A stretch of 64,000 bases of DNA from assembly GCA_965215515.1 (NCBI GenBank), contig OZ244057.1:608001-672000 (forward strand), given 5' to 3'. Shown in pieces: positions 1 through 9,796 of this stretch. The notes beneath the pieces were generated by a model, which ran no database searches, had not been told where the DNA came from, and worked only from the letters and a program-made list of their open reading frames with translations. Numbering within the stretch: position 1 is the stretch's first letter; each line of letters starts with the position of its first letter. The position numbers were made by a program, and so were the translations under genes. The DNA is from Oligoflexales bacterium. Its GTDB lineage: Bacteria; Bdellovibrionota_B; Oligoflexia; Oligoflexales; JAPPIL01.

Positions 1-306
1 GACATAATCAAGATTCGTAGTGTTGGCTGTGGCTACTATAACCGCGCTACCAACACTTACGAGCTACAGATCAACGGGTTTGCCCCGAACAGCCACATCC
101 TCAGGCCAGAGAAGGACATCGGAGCGAATAACGACTATGTGATCTATCACAAAAGTCCCTATGCCAGAGGCTTGCAGCAAGTCGGTGTCGGTCATCTCAT
201 GAGCGGAGACAACGCAGGTCTAGTGCAACTTGAGTGGGACATCTATGGCAACACACACATCTACCTCAACCTGTCACGGGGTAAAACAGAAAGGAGGACA
301 GCCTAG
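1..306 (+). CDS. Hypothetical protein, 5'-truncated by the window; paralog of the next ORF
   Basis: Frame +1 is open from base 1 to TAG at 304-306 (DIIKIRSVGCGYYNRATNTYELQING...VGVGHLMSGDNAGLVQLEWDIYGNTHIYLNL); not in the ORF track because it has no start in the window. Confidence 0.7.
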   Translation, partial: DIIKIRSVGCGYYNRATNTYELQINGFAPNSHILRPEKDIGANNDYVIYHKSPYARGLQQVGVGHLMSGDNAGLVQLEWDIYGNTHIYLNLSRGKTERRTA

Positions 307-371
307 TCTAAATCTACGCTGGGAAGATTGTAAGGGGAAGTTCAGCTTAAATCTTAACAGTGAGGTATCGT

Positions 372-716
372 ATGCAAAACAAAACCAAGAACGAAACTCT
401 TACTCTTGGTTGGCTTGATCCGAGAGACAACAGCGTCAATCACGCCGGAGTTAGCTTCTACAACCCTACCTACGGGGAGTATCTGCTGAAGATTGACGAA
501 GAACCAAGCGAAAAACAATACTTCCTTAAACCCTCCTCTAGTGAGGGCGAGCACATTACCTACCGCATGGAGCTTGTGCTTAAACGTAAAGACGGACGCT
601 TCCTAAAACGTCAACGTGTTGGCACTGGATATAGCAACGCAGAAACAGATGGCAATGTGCTTATCAACTACGGCTCGAAATTCAAAACTCTAGTGCTTTA
701 TCTGAGAAATAAGTGA
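372..716 (+). CDS. Hypothetical beta-rich protein (ICE-associated)
   Basis: GAGGT SD before ATG at 372; overlaps the start of the pilin-like gene; shares its pattern with ORF 1-306. Confidence 0.7.
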   Translation: MQNKTKNETLTLGWLDPRDNSVNHAGVSFYNPTYGEYLLKIDEEPSEKQYFLKPSSSEGEHITYRMELVLKRKDGRFLKRQRVGTGYSNAETDGNVLINYGSKFKTLVLYLRNK

Positions 717-1003
717 ACTCAAAAAAATTATGGGTAGTTTATCTTTCATGGTTTGCTGACACAGCTCTAGCGCAGTTTTGGGGTGGGAGTGGCTTTGAGG
801 GTAAGATTAGATCGTTTACCGACAACCTGATGTCAGTCATTTTACCGGCGGTTGCCATACTTGGCTTACTTTACGCAGCTATGCTCGCTATCAGCGGTGA
901 TGAAGGTGCAAAAAAACGCATGATCCTTGTGGTGGTGGCAAGTGTGATCGGATTTCTTGCTCCCCTGATCATTCGCTGGTTTCAATCAGCTGCTGTTGGA
1001 TGA
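713..1003 (+). CDS. VirB2/TrbC-like pilin
   Basis: 96 aa; signal-like N-terminus plus two hydrophobic helices joined by a short charged loop (GDEGAKKR); first in a virB2-B3-B4 order. Confidence 0.7.
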   Translation: MNSKKLWVVYLSWFADTALAQFWGGSGFEGKIRSFTDNLMSVILPAVAILGLLYAAMLAISGDEGAKKRMILVVVASVIGFLAPLIIRWFQSAAVG

Positions 1004-1004
1004 C

Positions 1005-1322
1005 ATGATGGGAATCAACACTTCAGAGGTGCAGCGAAACTTAGATGCAAGGTTTAAGATCGGGGGTATTGAAGCCCTCGATCTACTGATAGCTCTGATA
1101 TGCAGTGCGATTATGAATCTGTTCTTCGGTGGCACAGCACTAGAGATTCCTCTAGTGCTTGGTTGTCCAGCACTCATTCTTGCGGGTTTTTACTTCGGTA
1201 AAAGGGGAAAACCAGAAAAATTTATGGTTCATCTTATTCACTTTTATTTAGAAGCGGGATTTTTCTCAGCAGGAGCAGAGCCAACAAAGTCTCTGCAAAT
1301 GCGAAGGAAGATTTATGCGTAG
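1005..1322 (+). CDS. VirB3-like membrane protein
   Basis: About 105 aa, two TM helices, lies between the pilin and VirB4 and overlaps the VirB4 start. Confidence 0.65.
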   Translation: MMGINTSEVQRNLDARFKIGGIEALDLLIALICSAIMNLFFGGTALEIPLVLGCPALILAGFYFGKRGKPEKFMVHLIHFYLEAGFFSAGAEPTKSLQMRRKIYA

Positions 1323-3738
1323 CCTCGCTAGTGAATTGGAGTTCTGGCACTTCGATGAAGACCTAATGGTTTTTAAAGATGGCTCACTCGGTGCAGGTTT
1401 TAAGCTGGCAGGGTTTGATATTACCTGTGCTACAGAGCAGGCTATCAATCAGATGAACAGAGGGCTGGAAAATTTGTTGATCTCTGCTGATGAGGGAATG
1501 AGGCTGCAAGTGTTTTACAAGCTGACACCGAATGTAACTGATCTTATAGATCAGCATCAAAAACTGTCTGGTTCTGTTACTGGTAATTATCAGCGAATTG
1601 CTGCTGCTCGTGTTAGGTTTTATCTCCAAAATCAAACTGACAAGAAATACTTTGTGCCTAACATTTTCTTTTTCATCCGTAGTAGACCCTATGCACTGAA
1701 AAAACAAAGTTTATTCGCATCAGATAAACAGTTTCAGCGGATTTCAAGAGAAGAGTTTGCTCGAAGGAAAGAGAGATTTCTCCGCTCTGTAAAGGGTATA
1801 GAGTCAGGTCTTGCTTCAGCGGCACTTGCTCCTAGCAGACTTAAACACGAGGAATGGTTCAATCTCATATTTGAATACCTGAACCTTGATCGTACAGAAA
1901 GGATCGGAGCAAGTTGTTACAAAGAGCCGCAAAGCTTTCTCAATCCCTCGGTCAGTGAACAGCTCACATTGACTGATTTCATTTGGGATAAGGACGCGAT
2001 AACGCTCGGCACATACATGTTTCGCACCATCACCCTTGCCACGCTGCCTGAAGGGCAGACATATGCAGCAATGGCTAACATGTTCGCTGCCGTGCCGTTT
2101 CATTTTTGGCTGAGCCAGTCCGTTCATCTGCTAGATCAGGCAAAGGCAAGGTCATCGCTGGAGATGAAACGCAGGATAGCACACTCAATGGCTTCGGGTA
2201 GCAAAAATGTTAGTGACTTAGATTCAGAAAACAAACTCGGACAGATCGAAGGCTTACTGGAGAATTTACTAGAGGGTTCAGAAAAGCTCGTATCATCTGA
2301 TTTCAATGTCATCATCTGGGGAAGAACCAAAAGTGAGCTAGACGATAAGACAGATGAAATCCTAAAAACCTTTCGCACATTGAATCAGGCAGAAGGGTTA
2401 CAAGAAACACTAGCAGGTAAAGAAGCTTTTTTTAAATCTATCCCCGGTGCTTGTCTAGGGATGCGGCACAAGAAGATGAAGTCCAGCAATGCTGTGCATC
2501 TGATGCCTGTCTTTGCTAGCTGGGCAGGTAATCCTAAACCAGTGTGTCTGCTGCCGACAAGAGATGGGCGGTTATTCTCGCTCGATCCCTATGCAGACCA
2601 CTTACCAGCTTGGAACGGTATCGTATTCGGCAGCTCAGGCAGTGGTAAAAGCTACACGATCGTGCAGTTGATGGCGATGTTTTACGGTAAGGTAAGCAAA
2701 GAAAACAGACCACGTATTGTCTGGATTGATAACGGTGCATCTTCAAAAAGACTAGTTGAGATATTAGATGGTGAGTTTTTAGACCTCGATTTGAACTCAG
2801 GTCTGTGTCTTAACATGTTCGATTTGAAAGAAGGAGAGATAACACCAAGTCCAGAGCGGATTCGTACAGTCTTAGCTGTCCTTGAGATGATTCTAAAAGA
2901 CGAAGATAAAAAAGCTCTCGGTAAGCGGGAGAAAGCTTTACTGGAAGAGCAAGTGCATAAGGTCTATGAGGATGCAAGTGGAAAGATACCTACTTTGTCA
3001 GATTTGAAAGAGTTGTTGGATAAACACAAAGATGCACAGATACGAAAGTTCGGTGAAATACTCTACAGCTGGACAGGAACATCAGCTTATGGACAGATGC
3101 TCGATGGACAAACCAACGTCAAACTCTCTAAAGACCTTGTTTCTATAGAGGTGCAGCATCTGAGCAACTATTCAGATCTGAAAGATGTCCTATTACTTCT
3201 TCTGACCTCTTACATTCAAGATGTGGCATCGTCTGATATTGGCAGGGAGTATCTGCTGATCATTGATGAGGCGGAGCGTCTGTTTCAGTCAGAGTTAGCA
3301 AGGCAAGTGGTAATTACCTGTTATCGCACTTGGCGCAAGTTCAAAAGCGGCATCTGGTGTTTGAGTCAGAACTACAAAGACTTTATGGCAGATAAAGCTC
3401 TTCGTGATGCTCTGATGACCAACACGACTAGCGTTATCATTCTGCGGCAGAGCAAGATTGATTGGAGTGATTTCAAAAAGACGTTCGATTTTAACGACAC
3501 ACAAGTGGAGCGTATCAAAAATCTGACAATCAAAAAGGGAGAATACAGTGAATTTTATTATCTGCAAGATGAGAACGAAGCGATCTTACGGCTTGTTCCT
3601 GAACCATTGAGTCACTGGTTTTCTACCTCAGATGCTAACGACAAGACCATGATTGCTAGTACAGAAAAACAGAATCCGAGTATGAGTAAGTTAGATGTTC
3701 TTAAATTGCTGGCTTCTCAACCTAAAAACAGGGGGTAA
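1315..3738 (+). CDS. virB4: VirB4/TraC-family T4SS ATPase
   Basis: 807 aa; Walker A GSSGSGKS, IDNGAS motif, Walker B LLIIDEA, R..RK...G...LSQ motif. Confidence 0.9.
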   Translation: MRSLASELEFWHFDEDLMVFKDGSLGAGFKLAGFDITCATEQAINQMNRGLENLLISADEGMRLQVFYKLTPNVTDLIDQHQKLSGSVTGNYQRIAAARVRFYLQNQTDKKYFVPNIFFFIRSRPYALKKQSLFASDKQFQRISREEFARRKERFLRSVKGIESGLASAALAPSRLKHEEWFNLIFEYLNLDRTERIGASCYKEPQSFLNPSVSEQLTLTDFIWDKDAITLGTYMFRTITLATLPEGQTYAAMANMFAAVPFHFWLSQSVHLLDQAKARSSLEMKRRIAHSMASGSKNVSDLDSENKLGQIEGLLENLLEGSEKLVSSDFNVIIWGRTKSELDDKTDEILKTFRTLNQAEGLQETLAGKEAFFKSIPGACLGMRHKKMKSSNAVHLMPVFASWAGNPKPVCLLPTRDGRLFSLDPYADHLPAWNGIVFGSSGSGKSYTIVQLMAMFYGKVSKENRPRIVWIDNGASSKRLVEILDGEFLDLDLNSGLCLNMFDLKEGEITPSPERIRTVLAVLEMILKDEDKKALGKREKALLEEQVHKVYEDASGKIPTLSDLKELLDKHKDAQIRKFGEILYSWTGTSAYGQMLDGQTNVKLSKDLVSIEVQHLSNYSDLKDVLLLLLTSYIQDVASSDIGREYLLIIDEAERLFQSELARQVVITCYRTWRKFKSGIWCLSQNYKDFMADKALRDALMTNTTSVIILRQSKIDWSDFKKTFDFNDTQVERIKNLTIKKGEYSEFYYLQDENEAILRLVPEPLSHWFSTSDANDKTMIASTEKQNPSMSKLDVLKLLASQPKNRG

Positions 3739-3740
3739 CA

Positions 3741-4436
3741 CTGCAAAAGAAAGCTATTGGATTGTTACTAGTCTTTTCTCTTACTTCCTCTCCTGCACAT
3801 AGTTTCTGGGGAGATGGGGGTGCAGGGTGGGTACAGATACCATATCTGGTGAAAATTCTACTTGAGAACTACAAACGCTATCAGCAACTCAAGCTGATGA
3901 TGCAGCAAGCAAGAAGATCGGGTGATTATTTTAGGACAGTTCATCAAGGGTTAGAAAACATCACAGGTCTTTTAGACAGCTTGCCAATCACTGATCAGGG
4001 GGTACTTAAGGATTTACGAAGTTTTAACGGGTCACTCAAAACCATATCGCAAATCTACGGAAAAATACCCAGATCACCGGAAGAAGCACTGCATAGGCTG
4101 CATGACCAAACCGCGGCTGAATCACTACAGATGGTGAATTCATTTAAGGATTACTCGAAGGCACAGGAAAGCAACTCGCAATCGCTCAGGATTCAGAGCC
4201 AATCAGCTTCACCTAAAGGAGCTGCAAGGGCTACCGCGGTTTCCAATGCGATGATTTTGGAAAGTATCAATCAACTGATCCGCTTGCAAAGTCAAAGCCT
4301 GAAAATGCAAAGTGAGCAGCTAGCTATGTTGAATAGGCAGGATAAGAAAACTATCGCCTCCTATCAGGAGGTTGATAAAAGTATAGGCAGTGCCTTCAAG
4401 AATTTCAAACGCCAAGAAAAATTCGTAAAATTTTAG
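3741..4436 (+). CDS. VirB5/TrbJ-like secreted helical protein
   Basis: Signal peptide followed by a Gln-rich helical body; sits between virB4 and virB6. Start is uncertain (in-frame CTG 3741 or TTG 3762). Confidence 0.55.
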   Translation: MQKKAIGLLLVFSLTSSPAHSFWGDGGAGWVQIPYLVKILLENYKRYQQLKLMMQQARRSGDYFRTVHQGLENITGLLDSLPITDQGVLKDLRSFNGSLKTISQIYGKIPRSPEEALHRLHDQTAAESLQMVNSFKDYSKAQESNSQSLRIQSQSASPKGAARATAVSNAMILESINQLIRLQSQSLKMQSEQLAMLNRQDKKTIASYQEVDKSIGSAFKNFKRQEKFVKF

Positions 4437-5303
4437 ATGTTCGACCAGTTGGTAGGGGTAGCAAAAGATATTCGGGGGGAGACACTCGAACTTTACTGGT
4501 TACTTTTAACTCCGTTGGTGCTGTTACTCATCATACTGGAGTTTTTCAAGTATCAGAAAGACAGTATAGATGTTTTTGATATTATCAGACGAGTTGTCAT
4601 CTCGATGGTGCTGCTGTTTTCTTTTGAATATACGATCAATGCCCTTTCTACGATTGGGGATGGGATCGTTAGCAAAATAGATAAGACCGCTGATGTTTGG
4701 GATGTATTAAAAAATCTGGGGCCGAATTACCAAGACTCTTCCAGTGGGCTATTTGATATAAGAGGACACATTCTTTACACACTGGCACTGCTTTCTTATC
4801 TCATCGCCTACTTAGGATTTTTTGTCACCGATGCACTTGTTCACTTTGTCTGGATCGTTCTGTATACGGTATCACCCCTGATGATTTTAGCTTACGTTGC
4901 TAAAGCAACAGCTAACGTGACTGCGAACTTATACAAAGGGCTAGTTAAGGTAGTTATCTGGAAAATTATGTGGACGATTCTTGGTGCGCTGCTACTGAAA
5001 TTAGCCATGACCCCCCAGACAGGAGAGGACATGGAAGGCTACTTAGTAGCGATGATTACTAATCTGTGTATTGGACTCAGTATGCTTTTTATTCCTATCG
5101 CAACTCGTTCACTAATCAACGATGGATTGGAGAAGGCAGCATCAGCATTAGCCGTTGCTCCAGCAATAGCTGCGGTGAATACAGCAAAGGTCTACACCAA
5201 GAAAGCGGCTAGACGAGGTTCTGCGAAAGCATCGGGGACAGAACAACCAACTACTAAATCACAGGATAATCCTGTCAGAGAGAGTGTCGACAGGTTTAGG
5301 TAA
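4437..5303 (+). CDS. VirB6/TrbL-like polytopic membrane protein
   Basis: 288 aa, five to six TM segments, Ala/Lys-rich tail, operon position. Confidence 0.7.
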   Translation: MFDQLVGVAKDIRGETLELYWLLLTPLVLLLIILEFFKYQKDSIDVFDIIRRVVISMVLLFSFEYTINALSTIGDGIVSKIDKTADVWDVLKNLGPNYQDSSSGLFDIRGHILYTLALLSYLIAYLGFFVTDALVHFVWIVLYTVSPLMILAYVAKATANVTANLYKGLVKVVIWKIMWTILGALLLKLAMTPQTGEDMEGYLVAMITNLCIGLSMLFIPIATRSLINDGLEKAASALAVAPAIAAVNTAKVYTKKAARRGSAKASGTEQPTTKSQDNPVRESVDRFR

Positions 5304-5340
5304 GAGCACATAAATCAATTATTTTGGAGGAAACATTGCT

Positions 5341-5922
5341 GTGAAAAAAGACTCTACACTTCGTGTGTGGACTGACGTTAACTCATTATTAAGAACTCAT
5401 AAACTTCTCAATCTAGGACTTATTTCAGTTTGTATATTACAGCTGTTCATCATTGCTACGATGTATTTTGCTGATCCTATCGTGGTCATTAAAGAAGATG
5501 GTAAACAACGCTACTTTGCGGGACGTAAGACTAGCTTACCTATATCTGAGGAGGCTGTTGAAGAATTCGTTGAAGGTTTTTTGCGCGTCCGCTACGAGTG
5601 GAACAAACTCGACCCCAAGGCAAAGCAGAAGAGCTTATCGCCAATCGTTACAGATGGATTACAGAAGAAGATGTTCAAGCTATTGACCCACCTCAAGGAT
5701 AAGGAGTTTCAGGGCAAAGAGACTTCGCAGGCAATCGTCAATATCAAAGTTAACGTTACCAAAGAGAAGGTAGTGGCAAGTTTTGATAAGCTTTTACGGA
5801 TTGAAGGAGTGCCGATTCCAGTGCCGACAACAGTGTCACTCAACATAATCAAAGGCACTCCCAACATCTGGAATCCAATAGGCTTGCTTGTCAATGGGGT
5901 GATCGAACACCAGTCTAAATGA
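5341..5922 (+). CDS. VirB8-like protein
   Basis: Single N-terminal TM, periplasmic domain ending in the NPIGLLV motif typical of the VirB8/TrbF/TraK C-terminus. Confidence 0.75.
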   Translation: MKKDSTLRVWTDVNSLLRTHKLLNLGLISVCILQLFIIATMYFADPIVVIKEDGKQRYFAGRKTSLPISEEAVEEFVEGFLRVRYEWNKLDPKAKQKSLSPIVTDGLQKKMFKLLTHLKDKEFQGKETSQAIVNIKVNVTKEKVVASFDKLLRIEGVPIPVPTTVSLNIIKGTPNIWNPIGLLVNGVIEHQSK

Positions 5923-6653
5923 TGAAAAGCCTTATCTTGGTAAGCGTCTTGCTCTGTCACCATTCGGTGGCATGGGCAAGCGGGATCAGAACAGCTTATG
6001 TCAACGATACCAAGATGCAACCCATCTATCTAAAGATGGGTAAAGCATCGGTACTGAGGTTTGCAGAAAAACCCAAGAAAGTGGTTATCGGTAATCAAAA
6101 CTACTACTCGATTGAGTTTATCGACAACGATTTAACTATTCAACCACTAGGTAGAGTAGAAACGAATCTGTTTGTCTATACACCTTATCATACCTACGGG
6201 TTTATTCTGCGGGTTTGTCACAGCTGCCGTTATGACGATTTAGTTTATGTGAAGTGGAAGTCCAAGTATCAACCACCTCCTAAAATCAAAAAGGCGAAGA
6301 TCGTACCCGGATTTAAAGCAATTGGACTCAAGTTCAATGTGGGTGGAGGTATTTCAGCTACCGTTATCAAAACCACGGCTGATACTACTAGGCAGTTGCG
6401 GTTTGTTGATCTGCAATTGAAGAACAGTGGGAGAACGAAGATCAACATCACATCGGCAAGAATCGTAGCTACTCGCAGAAATGTTCCACTACCAAATCAA
6501 GGGTATGTTATCGAACAAGATTTTCTGAAGGCTGGTGAGATTACGAAGGCCAGATTATTTCTATCTGCAAAGGAGACAAGAGATTTTACCGTGAACGTAT
6601 TTGTAAATGCACACAAAGGAAGAGTCATCATTGCTCAAGGGTATCTGAGATGA
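5919..6653 (+). CDS. VirB9/TrbG-like outer-membrane core protein
   Basis: Signal peptide; N.L.IQP...TNLFVYT...YGF motif. Confidence 0.8.
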   Translation: MMKSLILVSVLLCHHSVAWASGIRTAYVNDTKMQPIYLKMGKASVLRFAEKPKKVVIGNQNYYSIEFIDNDLTIQPLGRVETNLFVYTPYHTYGFILRVCHSCRYDDLVYVKWKSKYQPPPKIKKAKIVPGFKAIGLKFNVGGGISATVIKTTADTTRQLRFVDLQLKNSGRTKINITSARIVATRRNVPLPNQGYVIEQDFLKAGEITKARLFLSAKETRDFTVNVFVNAHKGRVIIAQGYLR

Positions 6654-7585
6654 AGTATGCAAAGCAGATGCGGGCGTTTTTCCTCAAAAAAGAGGGTGGC
6701 AAGGAGGTTATCGACAGAAAAAGATTTTTTGGCGCGGTGAGTGTGATCTTGTTGCTTGGAGCTTTTTCTCTGCTCTTTCCCAAGACAGGTAGAGATTCCA
6801 GTGTTATTATTAACTCGGCAGAGCCGATAGATAGGGACAACTCTGAAGAGGTGGTAACACAGTCGTCTTCACCTAAAGTAACTGGGATGCTGCAAGCATC
6901 CCAGCAAAGGGGATATGAGAGTTTACATAGGATACATGCAAAGCCAGCCCCTAGAAAGGCGCAGAAGATAGAATACAAAGCTCCGCAAGTTATCGAGAGA
7001 AAAGGGACAGATAGTTTTACGGATAAACTGCCAGTAGGAACAAACCTCATAGGTAAACTCTTGACTGGCATAGATACCAGAGAGGTTAAACAATTCTACA
7101 AGGTGTTTCTTCCTTATGGAGGCAGAAGTAAACACGGTGGCAGTATACCGAAAAATTCAATTCTTTTTGGCACGGTTAGTTATCCCGGTAAAGGGAAGAA
7201 GGTGTTTATGCAATTCTCAAAAGCACTGTTGCCTGATGGAAGAGAGGTTGAATTGAAAGCACAAGCATTAAATGCAAAAGATTATTCGCCGGGATTAGTA
7301 GGAGAGTTTCACAGCAAGGCAATCGAAAGAGTTGCCTCGACTCTGGGTCTGACAATGGTATCGGCAATTACCGATACTCTCACCGAGAAACAAGTACTTG
7401 GCACAGAAGGGACTGTTACACCAAAAGCAACAACCAAGAATGCACTCTATCAGGGAATCTCTAAAGCAAGTGAGATGGAAGCACAGAGACAGATGGCAGA
7501 ACTCGGTGATGTGCAAGAATATGTCACGATCCCAGCAGGTCAAGAGCTGATCGTCAATCTTGTGACAACCTATCACAGTGAATAA
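6650..7585 (+). CDS. VirB10/TrbI-like protein
   Basis: N-terminal TM, low-complexity linker, C-terminal domain LPVGT..IGKLLTGID...LPDG...GLVG...TIPAGQELIV. Confidence 0.8.
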   Translation: MKYAKQMRAFFLKKEGGKEVIDRKRFFGAVSVILLLGAFSLLFPKTGRDSSVIINSAEPIDRDNSEEVVTQSSSPKVTGMLQASQQRGYESLHRIHAKPAPRKAQKIEYKAPQVIERKGTDSFTDKLPVGTNLIGKLLTGIDTREVKQFYKVFLPYGGRSKHGGSIPKNSILFGTVSYPGKGKKVFMQFSKALLPDGREVELKAQALNAKDYSPGLVGEFHSKAIERVASTLGLTMVSAITDTLTEKQVLGTEGTVTPKATTKNALYQGISKASEMEAQRQMAELGDVQEYVTIPAGQELIVNLVTTYHSE

Positions 7586-8265
7586 GGCCAAAAATGGTGA
7601 AGTGCTGGAGAACTTTGTTCTCATGCTGCTGTATTGCCCCTCTGTCTTTTTGCGGGTTTGTTTCTTCGGTCTGAGGCGTGTTGATTTCAAAGATTTAAAT
7701 ACGTGGTCATGGATATTTACTGTCACTGGAAGCCTTGCAATAGTGCTGTTCTTGACGTTGAGCTATCAGCAAGCGATGAACCTGTATTTGCTGCTGTTGG
7801 GTGCTCTCTCAGTGATTGGGCTATTCGTCTATGGCTTCAAACCTTTTAGAAAACACGTTCTGTTTCAAAAAGCCATAAAGCGATCTGGCTTAAAAAGTGC
7901 TATCGGGGAAATGCCAAAGATAAAAGCCATCATCCCTATCGGAGAAAATCGCTCTAAGGTGGTTGTGGAGACATTGGGTGTTGGCCTCAATAAGTTTAAA
8001 GCACAAAGTGATAGTTTAACCGCTGGTTTTCGTCAAAAAATCGAAAGTATTGCTCATGGCAAAGACATGGGCAAGGTTGAGATTGTTCTGTGTGAAGGTG
8101 ATCTGCCGAAGATGGTAGGGTTTCATGAGTTGTATGCCCACGTTAAAGAGCCGTATTCGTTCATCGTTGGGCAGAGCATAAAGGGTGTGGTAGTGCAGAA
8201 AATTCAATCTCTGCCTCACTTACTTATATCTGGAGCGACAGGTGGCGGTAAATCGGTATTCTTCC

Positions 8266-8314
8266 GCTTCCACTCGCTTTGCTTGTGGAAGCTGTTTTGC
8301 CGCTTTCTAGCTCC
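8266..8314 (+). repeat. Short inserted element: hairpin GCTTCCAC/GTGGAAGC plus the GCTGTTTTGCCGCTTTCTAGCTCC motif
   Basis: Perfect 8-bp stem with a TCGCTTTGCTT loop; tail matches the unit of the 51349-51514 array; adds non-FtsK residues right after Walker A. Confidence 0.75.
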
Positions 8315-8375
8315 TATGCTTTCACTGCTGAAAAGCTCGCCACACATTCAACTGTATCTCTTGGACTTGAAGCGT

Positions 8376-8419
8376 GGAGCGAGCAAGCGGCAGACAAGCC
8401 CCATGAGCGTAGCGAATGG
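8376..8419 (-). repeat. Short inserted element, inverted copy: CCAT-TCGCTACGCTC-ATGG plus GGCTTGTCTGCCGCTTGCTCGCTCC
   Basis: Reverse complement has 2 mismatches over 25 nt to the array unit; causes the frameshift. Confidence 0.8.
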
Positions 8420-9028
8420 AGGTCAAGGAATTTGGAGCACTGCTCAACGTCAGGATAGCAGCAGATGAGACGGAGGCGACGAACATTCTGGAGTCTCTTG
8501 TTGCTGAGATGCACCGCCGCTATGAAATCTTGGAGCAAAGTGGACACAAGTCGATCGACCCTGCGAGGGACAAGCTAGATTTGATCGTGGTGGGTATAGA
8601 TGAAGCGGCAGCGTTGTTTGGCAAAGGAGCAAGCAAATCTGCTCGTGAGTGCATGGGCGAGCTAGCTCGTTTGGCTAGAGCGGCTGGAATTCACCTTATA
8701 CTCTCCACACAAAAGCCAGTGAAAGAAGCCATTAGCACAGAGATATTGGATAACTTATCGGGACGAATGACCTTCAGGATGGTTTCAACTGCGGCTTCAA
8801 ACGTGGCGATGGGCGGAAGCTACGCTCAGAAGTTACCCGCAATCAAAGGACGCGGCATGTGGAGCAATGGCAGCGAACAGAAGCAGGTGCAAGCACCTTA
8901 TGTTGATGACGAATTGATTGAAGTAGAACTGGAGGTGATTAATCAAGAGTTTGCAGATGGCATCAGGAAAAATTTCAATTCACTTTTGGAGGTAACGGAT
9001 GATGACAAAATATCAGAGACAGCTAACC

Positions 9029-9796
9029 ATGTTTGATACTGAAACGATCCCGACAAAGGTTGTCTTAAGTGAACGTGATCTCAAATTGATGTGTTCTTTG
9101 TTTGAGAACAAGATCGCTAGCAGAAATCAGATAAACGAGCAGTTTTTTCATGGTGTCTCTATCCACACCGTGAACAGACGGCTGCGCAAGCTCGTATGTC
9201 TTGGGTTGATAACGAGAGTTACAGCGATGGTGAGTAGCAGGGTAATTTGTGGCTACTGCTTGAGCCGAAAGGGTCTCACCAAAATTAAACCGATATTGCC
9301 GTATAAGGTAAAAACCAAGACAACCTTAAGTGAATGCCCGTTACATGACATCGCCTTGAACGACATCCGCCAAGCATTTGAGGCGAAGGACGCAGTGCAA
9401 CGCTACTACACCGAGAATGTTCTGCAAACATGCACGGGCTTCAAATCAGACAGGCAGTTTAGGCCCTTTGTGGAACTGAACAGTGACGCAATGGCTGAAG
9501 TAAATACAAGAATCGGGGTGCTGAACTTGGCCATTGAGTTTGATACGACGGTCAAAAGTAAAGATCGTTACCGCCAAAAGGTTAATGCTTACTATGGCAA
9601 GCGAGGGATTGACGGGGTGTTATACATCTGTGCAAGCAAGCACATTTTAAACATCTTGCTCAAGATAGATAAGGAGGTAGCAGATCGCCATCGTCGTAAA
9701 CCGAAAGTGTATTTAGCTATGTTGAGCGATGTCATTTGTGCGCTGGACGAAATGACATTTACGAATGCCATCGGGTACATCTTCCGTGTTCGCTAG
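9029..9796 (+). CDS. Replication-relaxation family (Replic_Relax-like) relaxase
   Basis: N-terminal wHTH (LSERD...RRLRKL...GLI), HD motif (PLHDI), (P/S)DA...AIEFDTT.KS..RY..K...Y nuclease-like motif; overlaps the FtsK stop. Confidence 0.75.
   Translation: MFDTETIPTKVVLSERDLKLMCSLFENKIASRNQINEQFFHGVSIHTVNRRLRKLVCLGLITRVTAMVSSRVICGYCLSRKGLTKIKPILPYKVKTKTTLSECPLHDIALNDIRQAFEAKDAVQRYYTENVLQTCTGFKSDRQFRPFVELNSDAMAEVNTRIGVLNLAIEFDTTVKSKDRYRQKVNAYYGKRGIDGVLYICASKHILNILLKIDKEVADRHRRKPKVYLAMLSDVICALDEMTFTNAIGYIFRVR

Larger units (their letters stand above)
7578..9036 (+). pseudogene. FtsK/SpoIIIE (TcpA-like) coupling ATPase, interrupted by two short insertions (frameshift at about 8380-8416)
   Basis: N-terminal TMs, PHLLISGATGGGKS (Walker A) and LLDLK in ORF 7578-8468; EMHRRY, VVGIDEA (Walker B), LARLARAAGIHLILSTQKP and GRG in ORF 8416-9036. 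Removing 8380-8416 restores LLDLKRGVEVKEF in one frame. Confidence 0.85.

Noticed and set aside
230..418. 62-aa ORF from the track
   Set aside because: It overlaps the better-supported frame +1 ORF (1-306) and the ORF at 372.
5200..5209. AGAAAGCGGC in the virB6-like tail as another motif insertion
   Set aside because: Only 10 nt match, the frame is intact, and it encodes an ordinary KKAA.
8416..8468. Programmed frameshift in the FtsK-like gene
   Set aside because: No slippery sequence is present; a discrete 37-nt insertion fully explains the shift.
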